DNA of 64,000 nucleotides, taken from contig CAZMTL010000004.1 in assembly GCA_964569575.1 (NCBI GenBank), forward strand, positions 8,959 to 72,958, given 5' to 3'. Origin of the DNA: an uncultured Gammaproteobacteria bacterium. GTDB taxonomy: Bacteria > Patescibacteriota > Patescibacteriia > UBA9934. A model generated the notes under the pieces. The model saw nothing but the letters and a program-made list of their open reading frames with translations. It made no database searches and was not told where the DNA came from. Position 1 is the stretch's first letter, and every line of letters starts with the position of its first letter. Of this stretch, positions 56,233 to 64,000 are shown piece after piece. The position numbers and the translations under genes are program-made.

Positions 56233-57390
56233 TTAGGAAAGCACCGAAAAAGCCTGCAAAACAGTCAAAACAGCCCCTGCAGCAAAAACGAATCCAACAG
56301 CTACCAATATACTGTCAGGGATCGTTAAGCAGCGCTTAGGCGTGCACACATCGCGTTTTGCACGCACATACAAATACAACACAATTAAGCCGATTAAACT
56401 TCCAAGAAAACCACCCGTAAATCCAATAACATCAATAAAATCACGAGCGCCCAGCAAAAAAGCAACAAACGGAACCGAACACGCAAGCGCCCAAGCGCGC
56501 AAATAGCGCCACTTAAAATCGTAAACAAGAGTATCCATAACGCTAATGCCCAAGATCAAAAAGCTGGTAAATACAGAAAAAAGTCCAATAACCGCTCCTA
56601 CGACCAAAACCCATTCACCTACAATGCTTCCAAGACCAGTGATAGCATCTTGTGTTGTAAGGGGTCCGGTAACACCAACGACCACGGCACTAAACGCGAC
56701 ATAGACCAAAAACACGATCGCCATCGAAGCAAGAATAACCGGTCGCAGCAAACGATCTCGTTGTTTCGCTAAAATATGAGCCGCTTCTGGTACGGCGGCC
56801 AAACCACCAAATGCAAACAACACAACACCAAATGGCAAAAACCACGACGATTCGCGAGCGGCGTTCAAAAAAGAAAGCTCGACATGCGGAACAGAACCAG
56901 CGACCACCACCGTAAGCATAATCAACAACGCCAGCACAAACACAACCTCCAGGTGGGCAATAAAACTAAGCCCACCAATCAACAAAAGACTCGACACAGC
57001 AAAAAAGACCAGCTGGTAGACCATCAATTCACCTCCTAACACGGGCTCCAGTAACGCAAAAAGAAAATCCCCGCCCAAAATAATATAAGCAATCATGGCG
57101 CCCCAAGTCGACGTAAATAAAAAGAGTGTCGCCACCCAACTAGCTTCGCGACCCACATACCGATCAACCAATCCCGCCATTCGGGAAACGCCCGGAGTGT
57201 TACGAATGACGTCCGCATAAAGAACGAGCAAGAGCGTATTTACCACCACAACAACAATCATGTGCACCATTCCAACCCAAAAACCAGCCTGAGCAAATAC
57301 AAACGGCAGCCCAAAAATACCAACCCCAATAACCGAACCAATAATCGGCTGCATTCCCTGAAAAAATAATCCATGTACCCCCTTTTTCAT
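56233..57390 (-). CDS. amino acid permease-type transporter
   Basis: 385 aa with about 11 TM helices; N-terminal GSVIGVGIFGLPFVFAQAG resembles aromatic/amino-acid permease families. Confidence 0.65.
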   Translation of the reverse strand: MKKGVHGLFFQGMQPIIGSVIGVGIFGLPFVFAQAGFWVGMVHMIVVVVVNTLLLVLYADVIRNTPGVSRMAGLVDRYVGREASWVATLFLFTSTWGAMIAYIILGGDFLFALLEPVLGGELMVYQLVFFAVSSLLLIGGLSFIAHLEVVFVLALLIMLTVVVAGSVPHVELSFLNAARESSWFLPFGVVLFAFGGLAAVPEAAHILAKQRDRLLRPVILASMAIVFLVYVAFSAVVVGVTGPLTTQDAITGLGSIVGEWVLVVGAVIGLFSVFTSFLILGISVMDTLVYDFKWRYLRAWALACSVPFVAFLLGARDFIDVIGFTGGFLGSLIGLIVLYLYVRAKRDVCTPKRCLTIPDSILVAVGFVFAAGAVLTVLQAFSVLS

Positions 57391-57529
57391 ACGCAAATTA
57401 TACCACAGCAACCACTCATCATCACCAGACCAGGCAAAACACTCAACGAAGCAAGAAAAGTGAAATATTTATGCACCAACCATCCCCAATTTGGGTTGCA
57501 GAAAGCCATAATTACATTAAGATACAGGC

Positions 57530-58996
57530 ATGAATAACGAAATGCGCCACATCCCGCCACATAACCTGGAAGCTGAAGAATCACTTCTTGGGGCGATTTT
57601 AATTGAACCGGAAGCTTTGCTAAAAGTGGTCGATATTCTTCAACCAGAAGACTTCTACAAAGATGCTTACAAAACCATCTTCGAAGGAATGCTGGAACTT
57701 TCCGAAAAACACGAACCAGTCGATCTTTTAACTCTCGGAAACAAATTAGAAGAACGTGACGTCCTAAAACGCATCGGCGGACGATCGGCGCTCGTTGAGC
57801 TCACAAACCGCGTAACCACATCGGCCCACATTCAAAACTACGCGAACATTATTAGTAAAAAAGCCACTTTACGACGACTAATTCGTGCAGCAGGCGAAAT
57901 TACCGAACTCGGATTCGACGAAAACGAAGATGTAGATCTACTGATCGACGAAGCAGAGCGCAAACTGTTCAACGTTTCGCAAAAAAATAACAACAATAAC
58001 TTCGTACCGATGCGTTCAATTTTGGCAAATGCCTTCGAACGCATCGACGAACTTCACCAAAGCCAAGGAAAACTAAAAGGCGTCCCATCTGGCTTCACCG
58101 GTGTCGACAATCTACTCGGAGGCCTGCAGCGTACGGATTTAATTATTCTTGCCGCCCGACCTTCGGTTGGAAAGACTTCTTTTTCCCTCGACATCATTCG
58201 CTCGGTAGCGGTAAAGCACAAACAGCCTGTTGGATACTTCTCGCTGGAAATGGCAAAAGAACAAATTGTCGACCGCATGCTTTGTGCCGAAGCAAACGTC
58301 GACCTTTGGAAATTACGAACCGGACGTCTTTCCGACAAAGACGACGACTTCCCGCGAATCGGTGAAGCTCTCGGACGCCTTTCGGAAGCTCCAATTTTTA
58401 TCGATGACTCCTCTTCGGCAAACATCATGACGATTCGTTCAAAGGCACGGCGATTAAAAGCAGAACACGGCCTTTCCTTAATCGTAATCGACTACTTGCA
58501 GCTAATGGATGCTCGCAAACACAGCGACAACCGTGTACAAGAAGTGGCCGAAATCAGTCGTGGATTAAAGCAAATCGCAAAAGAATTAGACGTACCAGTC
58601 CTTGCGCTTGCACAGCTCTCGCGTGCCGTTGAACAAACCAAACCAGCCATTCCAAAACTCTCCCACCTTCGTGACTCGGGTTCCATCGAGCAAGACGCCG
58701 ATATCGTGATGTTCCTCTATCGAAAAGGCGCCGACCGAAACTACATGCCCGAAGAATTAACACCCGAAGAACAAAACTCAGGCGAAGTTCACATCGCAAA
58801 ACACCGTAACGGACCAACGGGAATGGTAAAACTCTACTGGGACAAACCTCGAGCCAGCTTCAAAAATCTGGAACAGCACCGCGCACCAGCGATGCCAAGT
58901 CAAAACTCGGGACCACAAACATCAGGCCCTCACAACATCGGCCTTCCCCCTGGAGTCCCTCCAAAACAACCAGCAACAGCCAGTGAACACGGTTGA
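57530..58996 (+). CDS. dnaB: replicative DNA helicase
   Basis: IPPHNLEAEESLLGAIL N-terminal domain; Walker A ARPSVGKTSF; IVIDYLQLM. Confidence 0.95.
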   Translation: MNNEMRHIPPHNLEAEESLLGAILIEPEALLKVVDILQPEDFYKDAYKTIFEGMLELSEKHEPVDLLTLGNKLEERDVLKRIGGRSALVELTNRVTTSAHIQNYANIISKKATLRRLIRAAGEITELGFDENEDVDLLIDEAERKLFNVSQKNNNNNFVPMRSILANAFERIDELHQSQGKLKGVPSGFTGVDNLLGGLQRTDLIILAARPSVGKTSFSLDIIRSVAVKHKQPVGYFSLEMAKEQIVDRMLCAEANVDLWKLRTGRLSDKDDDFPRIGEALGRLSEAPIFIDDSSSANIMTIRSKARRLKAEHGLSLIVIDYLQLMDARKHSDNRVQEVAEISRGLKQIAKELDVPVLALAQLSRAVEQTKPAIPKLSHLRDSGSIEQDADIVMFLYRKGADRNYMPEELTPEEQNSGEVHIAKHRNGPTGMVKLYWDKPRASFKNLEQHRAPAMPSQNSGPQTSGPHNIGLPPGVPPKQPATASEHG

Positions 58997-59047
58997 TAAA
59001 AACCACAAAAGCAAGTATTTTATCTACATTAATCTTTACAAAATTGT

Positions 59048-59344
59048 ATGTTCAACAAACTGAAACAAATTAAAGACATCCGAAATCAAGCAAAAGAAAT
59101 GCAAAGCATGCTTGCTGACGTAATGGTGGTTGGTCAATCATCTGGATCGAAAGTGATGATTACACTCGACGGAAACCAGAAAGTACAGGGTGTAAAAATT
59201 GAAGGCGAACACGACAACGCAACGCTTGAATCAGCTATCAAAGACGCCTTCAACGATGCAACAAAAAAGCTTCAAAAAGAAATGGCAATGAAAATGAAAG
59301 ACATGGGAGGACTAGAAGCACTTAAAGACATGTTGGGTGGCTAA
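59048..59344 (+). CDS. ybaB: nucleoid-associated protein YbaB/EbfC
   Basis: 98 aa, located upstream of recR as in many bacteria; typical ...VKIEGEHD...LESAIKDAFNDA pattern. Confidence 0.9.
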   Translation: MFNKLKQIKDIRNQAKEMQSMLADVMVVGQSSGSKVMITLDGNQKVQGVKIEGEHDNATLESAIKDAFNDATKKLQKEMAMKMKDMGGLEALKDMLGG

Positions 59345-59353
59345 AACCCGCGC

Positions 59354-59953
59354 ATGCGAAAATTTCCAGCTCCAATCCATAACGCTGTCGCAGCACTTTC
59401 GAAACTACCGGGAGTCGGTCCAAAAACCGCTCTCCGGTATGTTTTTACATTGCTACGATTTAGTCCAAACGATCTAGAAACAATCGCTCGCGCCATCGCA
59501 GCCCTTCGCTATATCCAAGTCTGCAACATCTGTCTCACCTATTCCGAACAACAAATCTGCGGCATTTGTAGTGACGAAAAACGTCAAAACACCATTCTGT
59601 GCATCGTATCCGAAGCACGAGACATTTCAACCATCGAAGCAACAGATGCATTCAAAGGGAAATACTTCGTACTCGGTGGCGTACTCAATCCCGTAGAAGG
59701 AAAGACGCCAGAACAGCTGAACATAAAAAAGCTCATCGAGCGACTAGAAATCCAACCCGATATCCAAGAACTGATCTTCGCCTTCTCACCAGACATCCAC
59801 GGCGAAACGACCATCATGTTCCTTTCTCGGCGACTAAAATATCTACAAAAGAAAATGACCCGTCTTGCCCGCGGCCTTCCAATGGGCGCAGACATCGAGT
59901 ACGCAGACGAAGTAACCCTAGGCGACGCCCTACTCGGCAGACGCGAGATGTAA
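59354..59953 (+). CDS. recR: recombination protein RecR
   Basis: HhH LPGVGPKTA, Zn finger CNICLTYSEQQICGIC, Toprim domain. Confidence 0.93.
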   Translation: MRKFPAPIHNAVAALSKLPGVGPKTALRYVFTLLRFSPNDLETIARAIAALRYIQVCNICLTYSEQQICGICSDEKRQNTILCIVSEARDISTIEATDAFKGKYFVLGGVLNPVEGKTPEQLNIKKLIERLEIQPDIQELIFAFSPDIHGETTIMFLSRRLKYLQKKMTRLARGLPMGADIEYADEVTLGDALLGRREM

Positions 59954-59983
59954 AAAAATAAGCGCCCGATCACTCGAGCGCAG
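59954..59983 (-). terminator. intrinsic terminator of GC island G
   Basis: Minus strand GCGCUCGA-guga-UCGGGCGC (one G:U pair) followed by UUAUUUUUU; on the plus strand the same position is a C:A mismatch. Confidence 0.55.
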
Positions 59984-60394
59984 CTACGCAGACCATCGAA
60001 GTACCTCCCCACCTCGAAATACTTTCAGGTCCACAGAATGCCGATGCCGGTCTACCAATCGCAGAGCAAAGCTTCGACCTTTTGGGAAGAAACGAAGTCT
60101 ACTGAGGTACACGGCTGTAAACACGATCTCGAAGTGAGAGCGGTTCACAGCAACCGGAGTCGCACTCCAGCCTTCTTCGTCAGAATCCCGAAACGAACGC
60201 AAATGCTGCGAGTATGCCGCAACAAATCGCCGAAACTGTTCCTGTGAAGAAAGCACCGCAGCGTATTCCCACCTGTCCCCCGGGACAAGTACCGAGATCG
60301 GCAACCGAAGCAGCGCACGCCTCGTAGTCGCCAAGATCATCTTCACATCACCTGAACGCAAGCATCCTCCAACACAATGGTCTACCTCTAGCAT
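59984..60394 (-). CDS. hypothetical protein (118-136 aa), GC island G
   Basis: ATG 60394, or AGGTGA-N6-ATG at 60340; GC-rich; no family recognised. Confidence 0.5.
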   Translation of the reverse strand: MLEVDHCVGGCLRSGDVKMILATTRRALLRLPISVLVPGDRWEYAAVLSSQEQFRRFVAAYSQHLRSFRDSDEEGWSATPVAVNRSHFEIVFTAVYLSRLRFFPKGRSFALRLVDRHRHSVDLKVFRGGEVLRWSA

Positions 60395-60424
60395 GCGAAA
60401 TATATTTCAACTCGTCAAATCATA

Positions 60425-60450
60425 ACAAACAAAAAAGAGCCATACGGCTC
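60425..60450 (-). terminator. intrinsic terminator after rplU
   Basis: Minus strand GAGCC-guau-GGCUC followed by UUUUUUGUUUG. Confidence 0.65.
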
Positions 60451-60458
60451 GTTTTTGT

Positions 60459-60773
60459 TTATACGGTGATCTTTTCGATCTTAATCTTCGTAAACGGTTG
60501 TCGGTGACCAACGTTTCGTCGGTATCGAGACTTTGGCTTGTACTTAATAACAGAAACCTTATCTCCCTTACCAGTTTCTACCACCGTCGCACTTACCTTT
60601 GCTCCAGAAACAAGCGGAGCGCCTACTTTAATATCTGAATCAGCTTCGCTTCCAACAAGAAGAGCTTCGAATTCAATTCCTTTTCCATCTTCAAGCTCGA
60701 GCTTTTCGACTTCAAGAATTTGACCTTCTTGAACCACGTATTGCTTTCCGCCTGTCTTAATTACTGCAAACAT
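60459..60773 (-). CDS. rplU: 50S ribosomal protein L21
   Basis: MFAVIKTGGKQYVVQEGQIL...HRQPFTKIKI. Confidence 0.93.
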   Translation of the reverse strand: MFAVIKTGGKQYVVQEGQILEVEKLELEDGKGIEFEALLVGSEADSDIKVGAPLVSGAKVSATVVETGKGDKVSVIKYKPKSRYRRNVGHRQPFTKIKIEKITV

Positions 60774-60845
60774 ACTTTATTTTTGGCTGCTTCAGGCTCG
60801 CTTGCGCGATTAGGCCTTGATCATGCCTTTAAGAATAACGGCAAA

Positions 60846-60874
60846 AATATACCAGTTTTAGAAAAAAATGTCAA
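60846..60874 (-). promoter_or_regulatory. sigma70-type promoter of rplU
   Basis: Minus strand TTGACA-N17-TATATT. Confidence 0.5.
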
Positions 60875-60899
60875 TTTAAGGCGTAAATGGCACTTTTTG

Positions 60900-61358
60900 C
60901 TAAATTCCTTCGAATTGAAGCGAACTTCCTTCAAGCAAACCTAGACGATCGGCCGAACCGGCAGGCAATTCAAGCACCATATCAACCTCGAATGGCCTTG
61001 AATGCATTCGAGGAACATCCTCACCAGAAAACCCAACAGGGACGTTCTTCGAAATCTTCATAATCTTCCCATCTCGCAACCAAATAACATCCAATGGATA
61101 ATGCATGCCCTTCATCCAAAATGACCGTTCTTCGTAGTCAGAAAAAACAAACAACATCCCATCAGCTCCCAAAGTATCCAAATGAGTACCAGAAAGGCCT
61201 CGAGTACGCTCAATAGCGGTGTCCGCGACTAATACATCTAAAGTACCTGAATCATGCGTGACAACAGCACGATCTTTACCTTGAGAGAAAACAAGGAAAA
61301 TGAATAAAGCAACAACGGCAAGTAATGCCAGCCCAATCGAGATGATCATTTTTTTCAT
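60900..61358 (-). CDS. DUF192 domain protein with signal anchor
   Basis: GLSGT...GMLFVF...FWMKGMHYPLDVIWL pattern. Confidence 0.75.
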   Translation of the reverse strand: MKKMIISIGLALLAVVALFIFLVFSQGKDRAVVTHDSGTLDVLVADTAIERTRGLSGTHLDTLGADGMLFVFSDYEERSFWMKGMHYPLDVIWLRDGKIMKISKNVPVGFSGEDVPRMHSRPFEVDMVLELPAGSADRLGLLEGSSLQFEGI

Positions 61359-62383
61359 ACTTTTCGTGTAGAGAGTGAATAAAGAAAAAGAAAGACAACG
61401 AAGAAAAGGATCAACAAAGCAATTACCTTCTGCCAGCTTTCAAAAATCAACGTCGTAATTCCAAAAATAAACGAAAACGCAAAATACAACAAGACAACCT
61501 GCCTCTGCGACAGTCCGGCCGCAAGCAAACGATGATGCAAATGACGCGTATCCGCCGTCGTCACATTATTGACTCCGCCTCGCGCGCGAGAATAAATAAC
61601 AAACAACACATCGAGCGCCGGAATACCAATAATCAACAACGCCGTCATAATCTTACTACCCGAAATGACCGCTAAAACCCCAAGCAAATACCCTAAAAAC
61701 GTACTCCCGCCCTCCCCAAGAAAAATCGAAGCCGGGTGCCAGTTCCACACAAAGAACCCACCAATCGCCGCGACAGCAATCAGTGAAAGCAACGCAACGT
61801 CTGGCTGATAAAATGCGGTCGAAAGCGCCAACGCCGCAATCACCAGTCCGCCAATTCCAACCACACCACTCGCCAAGCCATCGACACCATCGAGCAATTT
61901 GGTCGTATAAATCATCCCCATCAACCAAACAAAGGTAAGTACAGCCGAAACAGCCTGCCCAATCTCGAAAAATCCTCCAAGTGGATTTGTTAATTTAGAA
62001 ACTCCAATACCCGAAGCAACGGCAACCGCAACGGCGAGCAAAGGAAACAAAATAGAATGCCGCGGGCGCAAGTCATACAAATCATCCAAAACACCGCCAA
62101 CAATCAACACCGCTCCCCCAAGTAAAAATCCAAAAATCTGCTTCGCCTCAATTGCCCCCGCAACAAAGTGATTTGTAGCAAAAAAGACAATTAAGGTAAT
62201 CAAAGCAAATGCACCGTACACGCCAATCCCTCCGCCAAGCGGCATTAATCCTTGGTGCAGCTTCCGAACCCCTCCCCCAACATCGACAAGTCCAAATTGC
62301 GGAGCGAGGCGTCGAACCATAGCGACAAAAAACAGCGAAACAACAAACGCGCCGGCAACGGGAATAATCCACCAAAGAGACAT
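61355..62383 (-). CDS. glycosyltransferase family 4 (MraY/WecA-type polyprenyl-phosphate sugar-phosphate transferase)
   Basis: Polytopic, 342 aa; KLLDGVDGLASG motif. Confidence 0.8.
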   Translation of the reverse strand: MSLWWIIPVAGAFVVSLFFVAMVRRLAPQFGLVDVGGGVRKLHQGLMPLGGGIGVYGAFALITLIVFFATNHFVAGAIEAKQIFGFLLGGAVLIVGGVLDDLYDLRPRHSILFPLLAVAVAVASGIGVSKLTNPLGGFFEIGQAVSAVLTFVWLMGMIYTTKLLDGVDGLASGVVGIGGLVIAALALSTAFYQPDVALLSLIAVAAIGGFFVWNWHPASIFLGEGGSTFLGYLLGVLAVISGSKIMTALLIIGIPALDVLFVIYSRARGGVNNVTTADTRHLHHRLLAAGLSQRQVVLLYFAFSFIFGITTLIFESWQKVIALLILFFVVFLFLYSLSTRKV

Positions 62384-62384
62384 A

Positions 62385-63146
62385 CTAAGTTTTTAACTTA
62401 TACCCGGTCGAAAAAATCCAACTTGCAAGTACAAAATTAAACAAGAAAATACTACTCACCACCAAAATCGACAGCCAAATAGGCGCATCTCCTGTGCCGA
62501 TAAATCCGTATCTAAACCCATCCACCAAGTACAAAAATGGATTAAATCGACCAACCGTCTGAACAACTCCAGGCATCGCCGAAAGCGAGAAGAACACTCC
62601 GCCCAAATACATCATCGGCGTCAACACAAATGTTTGCACCATCGACGCTTTGTCGAAACTAGGCATCAACACTCCGATCACAATTCCGAATGCCGAAAAT
62701 GTTCCAGAAAGAAGAAGAGCAAACAAAATAATCAAAAACGGATGCGCGAACGGCACCGGCGCAAAAAACAATCCAACAAGTAACGTGACGATTCCAACTA
62801 GCAACCCCCGCCACATACCTGCCAATACATACGCAAACGTAATTTCGAATCCCTTCAAAGGAATACGAAGTAAATCGCTAATAATATTTGTATACTTACT
62901 AATAATCAATGACGACATCGGATTCTGGTACGCGTTCATCATCAAAGACATCGCTACCAATCCTGGGATCAATACCTGCAAATAACTATACCCATCAAAA
63001 AACGAAACACGTGTCGAAAGCGCAAAACCAAAAATAGTCATGTACAGCACATTTGTGATCACCGGAGCAATCACCGTCTGCGTCCACACTTCACGAAACC
63101 GACCAACTTCTTTTCTAAGCAATGTAAAAGTTCCTAGCACGTTCAT
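62385..63146 (-). CDS. ABC-2 type transporter permease
   Basis: 253 aa with six TM helices; 4-nt overlap with the upstream ATPase gene. Confidence 0.8.
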   Translation of the reverse strand: MNVLGTFTLLRKEVGRFREVWTQTVIAPVITNVLYMTIFGFALSTRVSFFDGYSYLQVLIPGLVAMSLMMNAYQNPMSSLIISKYTNIISDLLRIPLKGFEITFAYVLAGMWRGLLVGIVTLLVGLFFAPVPFAHPFLIILFALLLSGTFSAFGIVIGVLMPSFDKASMVQTFVLTPMMYLGGVFFSLSAMPGVVQTVGRFNPFLYLVDGFRYGFIGTGDAPIWLSILVVSSIFLFNFVLASWIFSTGYKLKT

Positions 63147-64000
63147 ACAGTTTTAGTCATTTGCAAAAACACGTCTTCAAGCGAAGGTTCGATAACTCGA
63201 AAATTCATCATCGGTAAATCAGCATTCGCAACAGCCGAAAGTACACGCTTATAATCAGATTCTTCAAAGGTGAGCGTTAATTGCATGCCATTTATTTCAG
63301 GAGAAAAAACAGCAAGCTGCGGAGGAACGGTCGAAATCGACTTCGCTAATGCAATCACAAATTTACGTGTCGATTGAAAACGATCCTTTAATGCCTTTTT
63401 GGTATCGAGCGCAACCAATTCACCTTTATTAATGATCGCGATACGTTCACACAGCAATTCCACTTCTTCCAAATAATGTGAAGTAAGTACAATAGTCGTT
63501 CCTTGTTTATTCAATTCGCGCACCAAATCATACAAATCATGCCGCAATTCCACATCCACTCCCGCAGTAGGCTCGTCGAGCACAATCACTTTTGGACGAT
63601 GAATAAGCGCACGAGCAATCATGACACGACGCTTCATTCCTCCCGATAGTTCTCGAAGTTTTGAATGTAGCTTATCAGTCAAACTTAATCGATCAAGCAA
63701 ATCAGCTAAATATGCTTCATCAACTTTCTGATTATAGTAGCCGAACTGATACCGTAGCACCTTGTTCACATCAAAAAACGAATCAAACGCCAATTCCTGA
63801 GGAACAATGCCGACAGAATTTTTCACAAACGAAGGATCTTCATCGATATCCTTTCCGAATACCATAGCCTTCCCAGAATTCTTCTGCGTAATGCCCGCCA
63901 AAATATTAATAAGCGTCGATTTACCTGCGCCATTTGGCCCAAGTAAGCCAAAAAACTCACCTTCCTCGACAGCTAAATCAAGGTTTTTCAAAGCGTGAAC
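63143..64000 (-). CDS. ABC transporter ATP-binding protein (5' end beyond the window)
   Basis: Walker A GPNGAGKST, signature LSGGMKRR, Walker B VIVLDEP; the frame stays open to position 64000. Confidence 0.9.
   Translation of the reverse strand, partial: VHALKNLDLAVEEGEFFGLLGPNGAGKSTLINILAGITQKNSGKAMVFGKDIDEDPSFVKNSVGIVPQELAFDSFFDVNKVLRYQFGYYNQKVDEAYLADLLDRLSLTDKLHSKLRELSGGMKRRVMIARALIHRPKVIVLDEPTAGVDVELRHDLYDLVRELNKQGTTIVLTSHYLEEVELLCERIAIINKGELVALDTKKALKDRFQSTRKFVIALAKSISTVPPQLAVFSPEINGMQLTLTFEESDYKRVLSAVANADLPMMNFRVIEPSLEDVFLQMTKTV

Overview
This 64-kb window looks like a low-GC (about 40-45% by eye), reduced-genome bacterium. The compact or truncated housekeeping proteins, a type IV pilus mini-operon, an RRM protein and DUF2207/DUF192/DUF362 genes suggest Patescibacteria/CPR, but that is inference only. 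The standard genetic code applies: TGA terminates uvrB and other genes, and the ORFs are intact. About 60 mostly minus-strand genes are recognisable. They include an M23 peptidase, greA, lgt, gatA-gatC, ligA, pilM-receiver-pilin-pilD, rnhA, recJ, lepA, mnmA, dnaX, a TraD/VirD4-like ATPase and cysS. Further along are a LOG-family protein, mltG, nth, gpmI, ftsL-rsmH-mraZ, uvrC-uvrA-uvrB, rplJ-rplL, dnaB, ybaB-recR, rplU, a GT4 transferase, an ABC-2 exporter and two tRNA-Gln genes. Promoters are strikingly regular (TTGAC-N17-TAnnnT), and most genes end in clear intrinsic terminators. The unusual content is a set of seven short GC-rich islands (about 58-72% GC in hand-counted lines), each sitting in an intergenic slot between conserved genes. 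Each has its own host-type promoter, strong Shine-Dalgarno (SD) sequence and terminator. Six encode orphan small proteins: two are TA-like two-gene cassettes, and one is a GC-rich copy of a Nudix-like gene lying directly beside an AT-rich paralog. The seventh (44.45-45.22 kb, between uvrB and uvrA) is a 0.73-kb hairpin-dense element whose coding status I cannot resolve. It could encode an R/G/S-rich basic repeat protein, a large structured RNA, or possibly a very divergent RNase P RNA. I saw no CRISPR array, rRNA, transposase or integrase.
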